A stretch of 64,000 nt of DNA from the NCBI RefSeq assembly GCF_009914755.1, contig NC_060946.1; one strand, given 5' to 3'. Both the position numbers and the translations under genes were made by a program. Numbering within the stretch: the first letter of the stretch is position 1; each line of letters begins with the position of its first letter. Shown in pieces: positions 26,801-39,600 of the stretch. Under the pieces are notes generated by a model, which searched no databases, was not told the DNA's origin, and saw nothing but the letters and a program-made list of their open reading frames with translations. This stretch comes from the human T2T-CHM13v2.0 reference genome, Homo sapiens.

Positions 26801-29800
26801 ATGTATCTCTGCACTGATCACCTAGGTCTTGTAGCTATTTTCTAGGGTCTGCCTACAGGGTGATTTGTGACGGGTCCCAGCAAGGATTACCCAGGTGATG
26901 TACCTCCCATCAAGGCTCTGCCTGCAGGCACATTGTGATGTATCTCTGCAGTGATCACCTCGGTCATGTAACTTTTTTCTGGGCTCTACCTACGATGGCA
27001 TTGTGACATATCTCTGCACTAATCATCCAAGTGATGTAACTCTTGTCTAGGATGTGCCTAAATTAACTTTTTGACATAACCCTGTACTGATCATCCAGGT
27101 GATGGAGCTTTTGTCTAGGCTCTGCCTAAGGGGGCATTGTGACATATTTCTGCATTGATCACCCAGGTGGCGAACTCTTCTCTCGGATCTGCCTATGTGG
27201 GCATTGTGAGAAATCTCTGCACTGATCACCCAGGTGATGTAACTGTTGTGTAACCTCTGCCTACAGGTTAATTGTGAGAGATCTCGTCACTGATTACCCA
27301 AGTGATGTAACCATTGTCTAGGCTTTTCGTACAGGGGGCTTTGTGACATACCTTTGCACTGATCACCCAGGTGATGTATCACATCAAAGCTCGGCCTAAA
27401 GGAGCTTTGTGACATATCTCTGCACTGATAACTTAGGTGATGTAACACTTTTATAATCACTGCCTACAGGGAATTTTGACAAATCTCTGCACTGATCACC
27501 TAGGTGATGTAACTCTTGTCTACCCTCTGTCCAACGGGGCATTGTGAAATGTCTCTGCACTGATCACCCAGGTGATTCAACTCTTGACTAGGAACTGCCT
27601 ACAGAGGTTATTGTGAAATATCTCTGCACTGATAAACTAGGTGGTGTAACCCAAGTCCAAGCTCTGCCTACAGGGGCGTTTCCACATATCCCTGAGCTGA
27701 TGACAAAGGTGATGTAACTCTTGCCTAGGCTTTGCCTACAGGGAACATTGGACATATATCTGCACTGATCACCCAGGTGATGCAACTCTTGCCTAGGCTT
27801 TTCCTACAGGGGACATTGTGACATATCTCTTCAATGATCACTCATGTGATGCATCTCTTGCCTAGGCTTTGCGTACAGGGGACATTGTTACATATCTCTG
27901 CACTGATCTCCCAGGTGCTGTAACTTTAGTCTAGGCTCTGGCTACACGGCATTGTGACATATCACTGCACTGATCAACCAGGTGATATAACTCTTGTATA
28001 GGCTCTGCCTACAGGGAGATTGTGACCTACCTCTGCACTGATCACCCAGGTGATATAACTCTTCTCTAGGATCTGCCTACAGGGTACTTTGTGACATATC
28101 CCTGCACTGATCACCCAGGTGATCTAACTCTGGTCTAAGCTCTGCCTAAAGGGGCATTGTGACAGATCTCTGCACTGATCCCTCTGGTGATGTAAGTATT
28201 GTCTAGGCTCTGCTTCAAGGGGCCTTGTCACATATCTCTGCACTGATCACCCAGGTGATGTAACTCTTGTCTAGGCTCTGCTTCCAGGGCATACTGTGAC
28301 ATATCTATGCACTGATCACCTTAGTGATGTAACACTTTGGTAGGCTCGGCGTACAGGGGAATCTTGACATATCTCTGCACTGTTAACCGAGGTGATCTAA
28401 CCCTTGTCTAGGCTGTGCCCACAGGGGGATTGAGACATAGCTCTGCACTGATCCCGAGGTGATACAACTCTTGCCTGGTCTCTGCCTACTGTGGACATTG
28501 TGACATATCTCTGCACTGATCTCCCAGGTGCTGTAACTTTAGTCTAGGCTCCGGCTACACAGTATTGTGACATATCACTGCAAGTGATCATCCAGGCGAT
28601 ATAACTTTTCTCTGGGATCTGACCACAGGGTGCTTTGTGCCATATCCCTGCAATGATCACCCAGGTGATATACCACTTGCCAAGGCTCTGCCTACAGGGG
28701 CATTGCAATGTATCTCTGCACTGATCACCTAGGTCTTGTAGCTATTTTCTAGGATCTGCCTACAGGGTGCTTTGTGACGTGTCCCAGCAAGGATTACCCA
28801 GGTGATGTACCTCTCATCAAGGCTCTGCCTACAGGCACATTGTGATGTATCTCTGCACTGATCACCTTGGTCATGTAACTTTTTTCTAGGCTCTACCTAC
28901 GATGGCATGGTGATATATCTCTGCACTAATCATCCAAGTGATGTAACTCTTGTCTAGGATGTGCCTAAATTAACTTTTTGACATAACCCTGTACTGATCA
29001 TCCAGGTGATGGAGCTTTTGTCTAGGCTCTGCCTAAGGGGGCATTGTGACATATTTCTGCATTGATCACCCAGGTGGCGAACTCTTCTCTCGGATCTGCC
29101 TATGGGGGCATTGTGAGAAATCTCTGCACTGATCACCCAGGTGATGTAACTGTTTTGTTACCTCTGCCTACAGGTTAATTGTGAGAGATCTCGTCACTGA
29201 TTACCCAAGTGATGTAACCATTGTCTAGGCTTTGCGTACAGGGGGCTTTGTGACATACCTTTGCACTGATCACCCAGGTGATGTAACACATCAAAGTTCG
29301 GCCAAAGGGAGCTTTGTGACATATCTCTGCACTGATCACTTAGGTGATGTAACACTTTTATAATCACTGCCTACAGGGAATTTTGACAAATCTCTGCACT
29401 GATCACCTAGGTGATGTAACTCTTGTCTACCCTCTGTCCAACGGGGCATTGTGAAATGTCTCTGCACTGATCACCCAGATGATTCAACTCTTGACTAGGA
29501 ACTGCCTACAGAGGTTATTGTGAAATATCTCTGCACTGATAAACTAGGTGGTGTAACCCTTGTCCAAGCTCTGCCTACAGGGGCTTTTCCACATATCCCT
29601 GAACTGATGACAAAGGTGATGTAAATCTTGCCTAGGCTTTGCCTACAGGGAACATTGAACATATATCTGCACTGATCACCCAGGTGATGCAACTCTTGCC
29701 TAGGCTTTGCCTACAGGGGACATTGTGACATATCTCTTCAATGATCACTCATGTGATGCATCTCTTGCCTAGGCTTTGCGTACAGGGGACATTGTGACAT

Positions 29801-32800
29801 ATCTCTGCACTGATCTCCCAGGTGCTGTAACTTTAGTCTAGGCTCTGGCTACACGGCATTGTGACATATCAATGCACTGATCAACCAGGTGATATAACTC
29901 TTGTATAGGCTCTGCCTACAGGGGGATTGTGACCTACCTCTACACTGATCACCCAGGTGATATAACTCTTCTCTAGGATCTGCCTACAGGGTACTTTGTG
30001 ACATATCCCTGCACTGATCACGCAGGTGATCTAACCCTGGTCTAAGCTCTGCGTAAAGGGGCATTGTGACAGATCTCTGCACTGATCCCTCTGGTGATGT
30101 AAGTATTGTCTAGGCTCTGCTTCAAGGGGCCTTGTTACATATCTCTGCACTGATCATCCAGGTGATGTAACTCTTGTCTAGGCTCTGCTTCCAGGGCATA
30201 TTGTGACATATCTATGCACTGATCACCTTAGTGATGTAACACTTTGGTAGGCTCGGCCTACAGGGGAATCTTGACATATCTCTGCACTGTTAACCGAGGT
30301 GATTTAACCCTTGTCTAGGCTGTGCCCACAGGGGGATTGAGACATATCTCTGCACTGATCCCGAGGTGATACAACTCTTGCCTGGTCTCTGCCTACTGTG
30401 GACATTGTGACATATCTCTGCACTGATCTCCCAGGTGCTGTAACTTTAGTCTAGGCTCCGGCTACAAGGCATTGTGACATATCACTGCACTGATCACCCA
30501 GGCGATATAACTCTTCTCTAGGATCTGACCACAGGGTGCTTTGTGACATATCCCTGCAATGATCACCCAGGTGATATACCACTTGCCAAGGCTCTGCCTA
30601 CAGGGGCATTGCAATGTATCTCTGCACTGATCACCTAGGTCTTGTAGCTATTTTCTAGGATCTGCCTACAGGGTGCTTTGTGACGTGTCCCAGCAAGGAT
30701 TACCCAGGTGATGTACCTCTCATCAAGGCTCTGCCTACAGGCACATTGTGATGTATCTCTGCACTGATCACCTCGGTCATGTAACTTTTTTCTGGGCTCT
30801 ACCTACGATGGCATTGTGACATATTTCTGCACTAATCATCCAAGTGATGTAACTCTTGTCTAGGATGTGCCTAAATTAACTTTTTGACATAACCCTGTAC
30901 TGATCATCCAGGTGATGGAGCTTTTGTCTAGGCTCTGCCTAAGGGGGCATTGTGACATATTTCTGCATTGATCACCCAGGTGGCGAACTCTTCTCTCGGA
31001 TCTGCCTATGTGGGCATTGTGAGAAATCTCTGCACTGATTACCCAGGTGATGTAACTGTTGTGTAACCTCTGCCTACAGGTTAATTGTGAGAGATCTCCT
31101 CACTGATTAATCAAGTGATGTAACCATTGTCTAGGCTTTGCGTACAGGGGGCTTTTTGACATACCTTTGCACTGATCACCCAGGTGATGTAACACATCTA
31201 AGTTCGGCCTAAAGGATCTTTGTGATATATCTCTGCACTGATCACTTAGGTGATGTAACACTTTTATAATCACTGCCTACAGGGAATTTTGACAAATCTC
31301 TGCACTGATCACCTAGGTGATGTAACTCTTGTCTACCCTCTGTCCAACGGGGCATTGTGAAATGTCTCTGCACTGATCACCCAGGTGATTCAACTCTTGA
31401 CTAGGAACTGCCTACAGAGGTTATTGTGAAATATCTGTGCAATGATAAACTAGGTGAGGTAACCCTTGTCCAAGCTCTGCCTACAGGGGCGTTTCCAGAT
31501 ATCCCTGAACTGATGACAAAGGTGATGTAACTCTTGCCTAGGCTTTGCCTACAGGGAACATTGGACATATATCTGCACTGATCACCCAGGTGATGCAATT
31601 CTTGCCTAGGCTTTGCCTACAGGGAACATTGTGACATATCTCTTCAATGATCACTCATGTGATGCATCTCTTGCCTAGGCTTTGCCTACAGGCGACATTG
31701 TGACACATCTCTGCACTGATCTCCCAGGTGCTGTAACTTTAGTCTAGGCTCTGGCTACACGGCATTGTGACATATCACTGCACTGATCAACCAGTTGATA
31801 TAACTCTTGTATAGGCTCTGCCTACAGGGGGATTGTGACCTACCTCTGCACTGATCACCCAGGTGATATAACTCTTCTCTAGGATCTGCCTACAGGGTAC
31901 TTTGTGACAGATCCCTGCACTGATCACCCAGGTGATCTAACTCTGGTCTAAGCTCTGCGTAAAGGGGCATTGTGACAGATCTCTGCACTGATCCCTCTGG
32001 TGATGTAAGTATTGTCTAGGCTCTGCTTCAAGGGGCCTTGTCACATATCTCTGCTCTGATCATCCAGGTGATGTAACTCTTGTCTGGCTCTGCTTCCAGG
32101 GCATATTGTGACATATCTATGCACTGATCACCTTAGTGATGTAACACTTTGGTAGGCTCGGCCTACAGGGGAATCTTGACATATCTCTGCACTGTTAACC
32201 GAGGTGATTTAACCCTTGTCTAGGCTGTGCACACAGGGGGATTGAGACATATCTCTGCACTGATCCCGAGGTGATACAACTCTTGCCTGGTCTCTGCCTA
32301 TTGTGGACATTGTGACATATCTCTGCACTGGTCTCCCAGGTGCTGTAACTTTAGTCTAGGCTCCTGCTACAAGGCATTGTGACATATCACTGCACTGATC
32401 ACCCAGGCGATATAACTCTTCTCTAGGATCTGACCACAGGGTGCTTTGTGACATATCCGTGCAATGATCACCCAGGTGATATACCACTTGCCAAGGCTCT
32501 GCCTACAGGGGCATTGCAATGTATCTCTGCACTGATCACCTAGGTCTTGTAGCTATTTTCTAGGACCTGCCTACAGGGTGCTTTGTGACGTGTCCCAGCA
32601 AGGATTACCCAGGTGATGTACCTCTCATCAAGGCTCTGCCTACAGGCACATTGTGATGTATCTCTGCACTGATCACCTAGGTCATGTAAATTTTTTCTAG
32701 GCTCTACCTACGATGGCATTGTGACATATCTCTGCACTAATCATCCAAGTGATGTAACTCTTGTCTAGGATGTGCCTAAATTAACTTTTTGACATAACCC

Positions 32801-35800
32801 TGTACTGATCATCCAGGTGATGGAGCTTTTGTCTAGGCTCTGCCTAAGGGGGCATTGTGACATATTTCTGCATTGATCACCCAGGTGGCGAACTCTTCTC
32901 TCGGATCTGCCTATGGGGGCATTGTGAGAAATCTCTGCACTGATCACCCAGGTGATGTAACTGTTGTGTAACCTCTGCCTACAGGTTAATTGTGAGAGAT
33001 CTCGTCACTGATTACCCAAGTGATGTAACCATTGTCTAAGCTTTGCGTACAGGGGGCTTTGTGACATACCTTTGCACTGATCACCCAGGTGAGGTAACAC
33101 ATCAAAGTTCGGCCTAAAGGAGCTTCGTGATATATCTCTGCACTGATCACTTAGGTGATGTAACAGTTTTATAATCACTGCCTACAGGGAATTTTGACAA
33201 ATCTCTGCACTGATCACCTAGGTGATGTAACTCTTGTCTAACCTCTGTCCAACGGGACATTGTGAAATGTCTCTGCACTGATCACCCAGGTGATTCAACT
33301 CTTGACTAGGAACTGCCTACAGAGGTTATTGTGAAATATCTCTGCACTGATAAACTAGGTGGGGTAACCCTTGTCCAAGCTCTGCCTACAGGGGCGTTTC
33401 CAGATATTCTTGAACTGATGACACAGGTGATGTAACTCTTGCCTAGGCTTTGCCTACAGGGAACATTGGACATATATCTGCACTGATCACCCAGGTGATG
33501 CAACTCTTGCCTAGGCTTTTCCTACAGGGGACATTGTGACATATCTCTTCAATGATCACTCATGTGATGCATCTCTTGCCTAGGCTTTGCCTACAGGGGA
33601 CATTGTGACATATCTCTGCACTGATCTCCCAGGTGCTGTAACTTTAGTCTAGGCTCTGGCTACACGGCATTGTGACGTATCTCTGCACTGATCAACCAGG
33701 TGATATAACTCTTGTATAGGCTCTGCCTACAGGGGGATTGTGACCTACCTCTGCACTGATCACCCAGGTGATATAACTCTTCTCTAGGATCTGCCTACAG
33801 GGTATTTTGTGACATATCCCTGCACTGATCACGCAGGTGATCTAACTCTGGTCTAGGCTCTGCCTAAAGGGGCATAGTGACAGATCTCTGCACTGATCCC
33901 TCTGGTCATGTAAGTATTGTCTAGGCTCTGCTTCAAGGGGCCTTGTCACATATCTCTGCACTGATCACCCAGGTGATGTAACTCTTGTCTAGGCTCTGCT
34001 TCCAGGGCATATTGTGACATATCTATGCACTGATCACCTTAGTGATGTAACACTTTGGTAGGCTCGGCCTACAGGGGAATCTTGACATATCTCTGCACTG
34101 TTAACCGAGGTGATTTAACCCTTGTGTAGGCTGTGCCCACAGGGGGATTGAGACATATCTCTGCACTGATCCCGAGGTGATACAACTCTTGCCTGGTCTC
34201 TGCCTACTGTGGACATTGTGACATATCTCTGCACTGATCTCCCAGGTGCTGTAACTTTAGCCTAGGCTCCGGCTACACGGCATTGTGACATATCACTGCT
34301 CTGATCACCCAGGCGATATAACTCTTCTTTAGGATCTGACCACAGGGTGCATTGTGACATATCCCTGCAATGATCACCCAAGTGATGTACCACTTGCCAA
34401 GGCTCTGCCTACAGGGGCATTGCAATGTATCTCTGCACTGATCACCTAGGTCTTGTAGCTATTTTCTAGGATCTGCCTACAGGGTGCTTTGTGACGGGTC
34501 CCAGCAAGGATTACCCAGGTGATGTACCTCCCATCAAGGCTCTGCCTGCAGGCACATTGTGATGTATCTCTGCAGTGATCACCTCGGTCATGTAACTTTT
34601 TTCTGGGCTCTACCTACGATGGCATTGTGACATATCTCTGCACTAATCATCCAAGTGATGTAACTCTTGTCTAGGATGTGCCTAAATTAACTTTTTGACA
34701 TAACCCTGTACTGATCATCCAGGTGATGGAGCTTTTGTCTAGGCTCTGCCTAAGGGGGCATTGTGACATATTTCTGCATTGATCACCCAGGTGGCGAACT
34801 CTTCTCTCGGATCTGCCTATGTGGGCATTGTGAGAAATCTCTGCACTGATCACCCAGGTGATGTAACTGTTGTGTAACCTCTGCCTACAGGTTAATTGTG
34901 AGAGATCTCGTCACTGATTACCCAAGTGATGTAACCATTGTCTAGGCTTTTCGTACAGGGGGCTTTGTGACATACCTTTTCACTGATCACCCAGGTGATG
35001 TATCACATCAAAGTTCGGCCTAAAGGAGCTTTTTGACATATCTCTGCACTGATCACTTAGGTGATTTAACACTTTTATAATCACTGCCTACAGGGAATTT
35101 TGACAAATCTCTGCACTGATCACCTAGGTGATGTAACTCTTGTCTACCCTCTGTCCAACGGGGCATTGTGAAATGTCTCTGCACTGATCACCCAGGTGAT
35201 TCAACTCTTGACTAGGAACTGCCTACAGAGGTTATTGTGAAATATCTCTGCACTGATAAACTAGGTGGTGTAACCCTTGTCCAAGCTCTGCCTACAGGGG
35301 CGTTTCCACATATCCCTGAGCTGATGACAAAGGTGATGTAACTCTTGCCTAGGCTTTGCCTACAGGGAACATTGGACATATATCTGCACTGATCACCCAG
35401 GTGATGCAACTCTTGCCTAGGCTTTGCCTACAGGGGACATTGTGGCATATCTCTTCAATGATCTCTCATGTGATGCATCTCTTGCCTAGGCTTTGTCTAC
35501 AGGGGACATTGTGACATATCTCTGCACTGATCTCCCAGGTGCTGTAACTTTAGTCTACGCTCTTGCTAGACGGCATTGTAACATATCAATGCATTGATCA
35601 ACCAGGTAATATAACTCTTGTATAGGCTCTGCCTACAGGGGGATTGTAACCTACCTCTGCACTGATCACCCACGTGATATAACTCTTCTCTAGGATCTGC
35701 CTACAGGGTACTTTGTGACATATCCCTGCACTGATCACCCAGGTGATCTAACTCTGGTCTAAGCTCTGCGTAAAGGGGCATTGTGACAGATCTCTGCACT

Positions 35801-36680
35801 GATCCCTCTGGTGATGTAAGTATTGTCTAGGCTCTGCTTCAAGGGGCCTTGTCACATATCTCTGCACTGATCACCCAGGTGATGTAACTCTTGTCTAGGC
35901 TCTGCTTCCAGGGCATATTGTGACATATCTATGCACTGATCACCTTAGTGATGTAACACTTTGGTAGGCTCTGCCTACAGGGGAATCTTGACATATCTCT
36001 GCACTGTTAACCGAGGTGATTTAACCCTTGTCTAGGCTGTGCCCACAGGGGGATTGAGACATATCTCTGCACTGATCCCGAGGTGATACAACTCTTGCCT
36101 GGTCTCTGCCTACTGTGGACATTGTGACATATCTCTGCACTGATCTCCCAGGTGCTGTAACTTTAGCCTCGGCTCCGGCTACAAGGCATTGTGACATATC
36201 ACTGCACTTATCACCCAGGCGATATAACTCTTCTCTAGGATCTGACCACAGGGTGCTTTGTGACATATCCCTGCAATGATCACCCAGGTGATATACCACT
36301 TGCCAAGGCTCTGCCTACAGGGGCATTGCAATGTATCTCTGCACTGATCACCTAGGTCTTGTAGCTATTTTCTAGGATCTGCCTACAGGGTGCTTTGTGA
36401 CGTGTCCCAGCAAGGATTACCCAGGTGATGTACCTCTCATCAAGGCTCTGCCTACAGGCACATTGTGATGTATCTCTGCACTGATCACCTAGGTCATGTA
36501 ACTTTTTTCTAGGCTCTACCTACAATGGCATTGTGACATATCTCTGCACTAATCATCCAAGTGATGTAACTCTTGTCTAGGATGTGCCTAAATTAACTTT
36601 TTGACATAACCCTGTACAGATCATCCAGGTGATGGAGCTTTTGTCTAGGCTCTGCCTAAGGGGGCATTGTGACATATTTC
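14850..36680 (-). repeat. HOR subfamily A, lineage A2 (28-mers of 1905-1907 bp and one 1293-bp 19-mer)
   Basis: Landmarks at 14858, 16764, 18670, 20577, 22484, 24389, 25682, 27588, 29495, 31401, 33306, 35212. Diagnostic variants in most units: 'caggttaattg', 'catcaaag', 'gaaatgtctc', 'gatccctctgg'. Confidence 0.87.
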
Positions 36681-39600
36681 TGCATTGATCACCCAGGTGG
36701 CGAACTCTTCTTTTCAATCTGCCTATGGGGGCATTGTGACAAATCTCTGCACTGATAACCCAGGTGACGTAACTGTTGTGTAACCTCTGCCTACAGGGGA
36801 ATTGTGAGAGGTCTCGCCACTGATCACCCAAGTGATGTAACCATTCTCGAGGCTTTGCGTACAGGGGGCTTTGTGACATACCTTTGCACTGATCACCCAG
36901 GTGATGTAACACATCTAAGTTCGGCCTAAAGTAGCTTTGTGACATATCTCTCCACTGATCACTTAGGTGATGTAACACTTTTATAACCACTGCCTACAAG
37001 GAATTTTGACAAATCTGTACACTGATCACCTAGGTGATGTAACTCTTGTCTACCCTCTGTCCAACGGGTCATTGTGAAATATCTCTGCACTGATCACCCA
37101 GGTGATTCAACTCTTGACTAGGATCTGCCCACAGAGGTTATTTTGAAATATCTCTGCACTGATAAACTAGGTGGTGTAACCCTTGTCCAAGCTCTGCCTA
37201 CAGGGGCGTTTTCACATATCCCTGAACTGATGACAGAGGTGATGTAACCCTTGCTTAGGCTTTGCCTACAGGGGACATTGGACATATATCTGCACTGATC
37301 TCCCAGGTGATGCAACTCTGGCCTAGGCTTTGCCTACAGGGGACATTGTGTCATATCTCTTCAATGATCACCCATGTGATGCAACTCTTGCCTACGCTTT
37401 GCCTACAGGGGACATTGTGACATATCTCTGCACTGATCTCCCAGGTGCTGTAACTTTATTCTCAGGTCTGGCTACACGGCATTGTGACATATCACTGCAC
37501 TGATCAACCAGGTGATATAACTCTTGCATAGGCTCTGCCTAAAGGGGGCTTGTGACATATCTCTGCACTGATCACCCAGGTGGTATAGTTCTTTTCTAGG
37601 ATCTGCCTACAGTGTGCTTTGTGACATATCCCTGCACTGATCACCCAGGTGATCTAACTCTGGTCTAAGCTCTGCCTAAAGGGGCATTGTGACAGATCTC
37701 TGCACTGATCACTCAGGTGATGTAACTGTTGTCTAGGCTCTGCTTCAAGGGGCCTTGTCACATATCTCTGCACTGATCACCCAGGTGATTCAACTCTTGA
37801 CAAGGATCTGCCTACAGAGGTTATTTTGAAATATCTCTGCACTGATGAACTAGGTGTTGTAACCCTTGTCCAAGCTCTGCCTACAGGGGCCTTTTCACAT
37901 ATCCCTGAACTGATGACAGAGGTGATGTAACCCTTGCCTAGGCTTTGCCTACAGGGGACATTGGACATATATCTGCACTGATCTCCCAGGAGATGCAACT
38001 CTGGCCTAGGCTTTGCCTACAGGGGACATTGTGACATATCTCTTCAATGATCACCCATGTGATGCAACTGTTGCCTAGGCTTTGCCTACAGGGGACATTG
38101 TGGCATATCTCTGCACTGATCTCCCAGGTGCTGTAACTTTAGTCTAGGGTCTGGCTACACGGCATTGTGACATATCACTGCACTGATCAACCAGGTGATA
38201 TAACTCTTTTATAGGTTCTGCCTACAGGGGACATTGTGACATATCTCTGCACTGATCTCACAGGTGCTGTAACTTTAGTCTAGGTTCTGGCTACACGGCA
38301 TTGTGACATATCACTGCACTGATCAACCAGGTGATATAACTCTTTTATACGCTCTGCCTACAGGGGGCTTGTGACATATCTCTGCACTGATCACCTAGGT
38401 GATATAGCTCTTCTCTAGGATCTGCCTACAGGGTGCTTTGTGACATATCCCTGCACTGATCACCCAGGTGATCTAACTCTGGTCTAAGCTCTGCCTAAAG
38501 GGGCATTGTGACAGATCCCTGCACTGATCACTCAGGTGATGTAACTGTTGTCTAGGCTCTGCTTCAAGGGGCCTTGTCACATATCTCTGCACTTATCACC
38601 CAGGTGATGTAACTCTTGTCTAGGCTCTGTTTCTAGGGCATATTGTGACATATCTATGCACTGATCACCTTAGTGATGTAACACATGTGTAGGCTCGGCC
38701 TACAGGGGAATCTTGACATATCTCCTTACTGTTAACCGAGGTGATTAACTCTTGTCTAGGCTGTGCCCACAGGGAAATTGAGATATATCTCTGCACTGAT
38801 CCCGAGGTGATCCAACTCTTGCCTGGTCTCTGCCTACTGGGGACATTGTGACATATCTCTGCACAGATCTCCCAGGTGCTGCAACTGTATTCTAGGCTCT
38901 GGCTACACGACATTGTGACATATCACTGCACTGATCACCCAGGTGATATAACTCTTGTCTAGGCTCTGCCTACAATGGTCTTGTGACATATCTCTGCACT
39001 GATCACCCAGGTGATATAACTATTATCTAGGATCTGACCAAAGGGTGCTTTGTGACATATCCCTGCAATGATCACCCAGGTGATATACCACTTGCCAAGG
39101 CTCTGCCTACAGGGGCATTTCAATGTATCCCTGCATTGATCACCTAGGTCTTGTAACTATTTTCTAGGATCTGTCTACAGGGCGCTTTGTGACGTAACCC
39201 AGCAAGGATTACCCAGGTGATGTGCCGCTCATCAAGGCTCTGCCTACAGGCACATTGCGATGTATCTCTGCACTGATCACCTAGGTCATGTAACCTTTGT
39301 CTAGGCTCTGCGTAGGATGGCATTGTGACATATCTCTGCACTAATCATCCTAGTGATGTAACACTTGTCTAGGATCTGCCTAAATTAACTTTGTGACATA
39401 ACCCTGTACTGATCATCCAGGTGATCGGGCTTTTGTCTAGGCTCTGCCTAAGGGGGCATTGTGACATATTTCTGCATTGATCACCCAGGTGGCGAACTCT
39501 TCTCTTGAATCTGCCTATGGGGGCATTGTGAGAAATCTCTGCACTGATCACCCAGGTGACGTAACTGTTGTGTAACCTCTGCCTACAGGGGAATTGTGAG

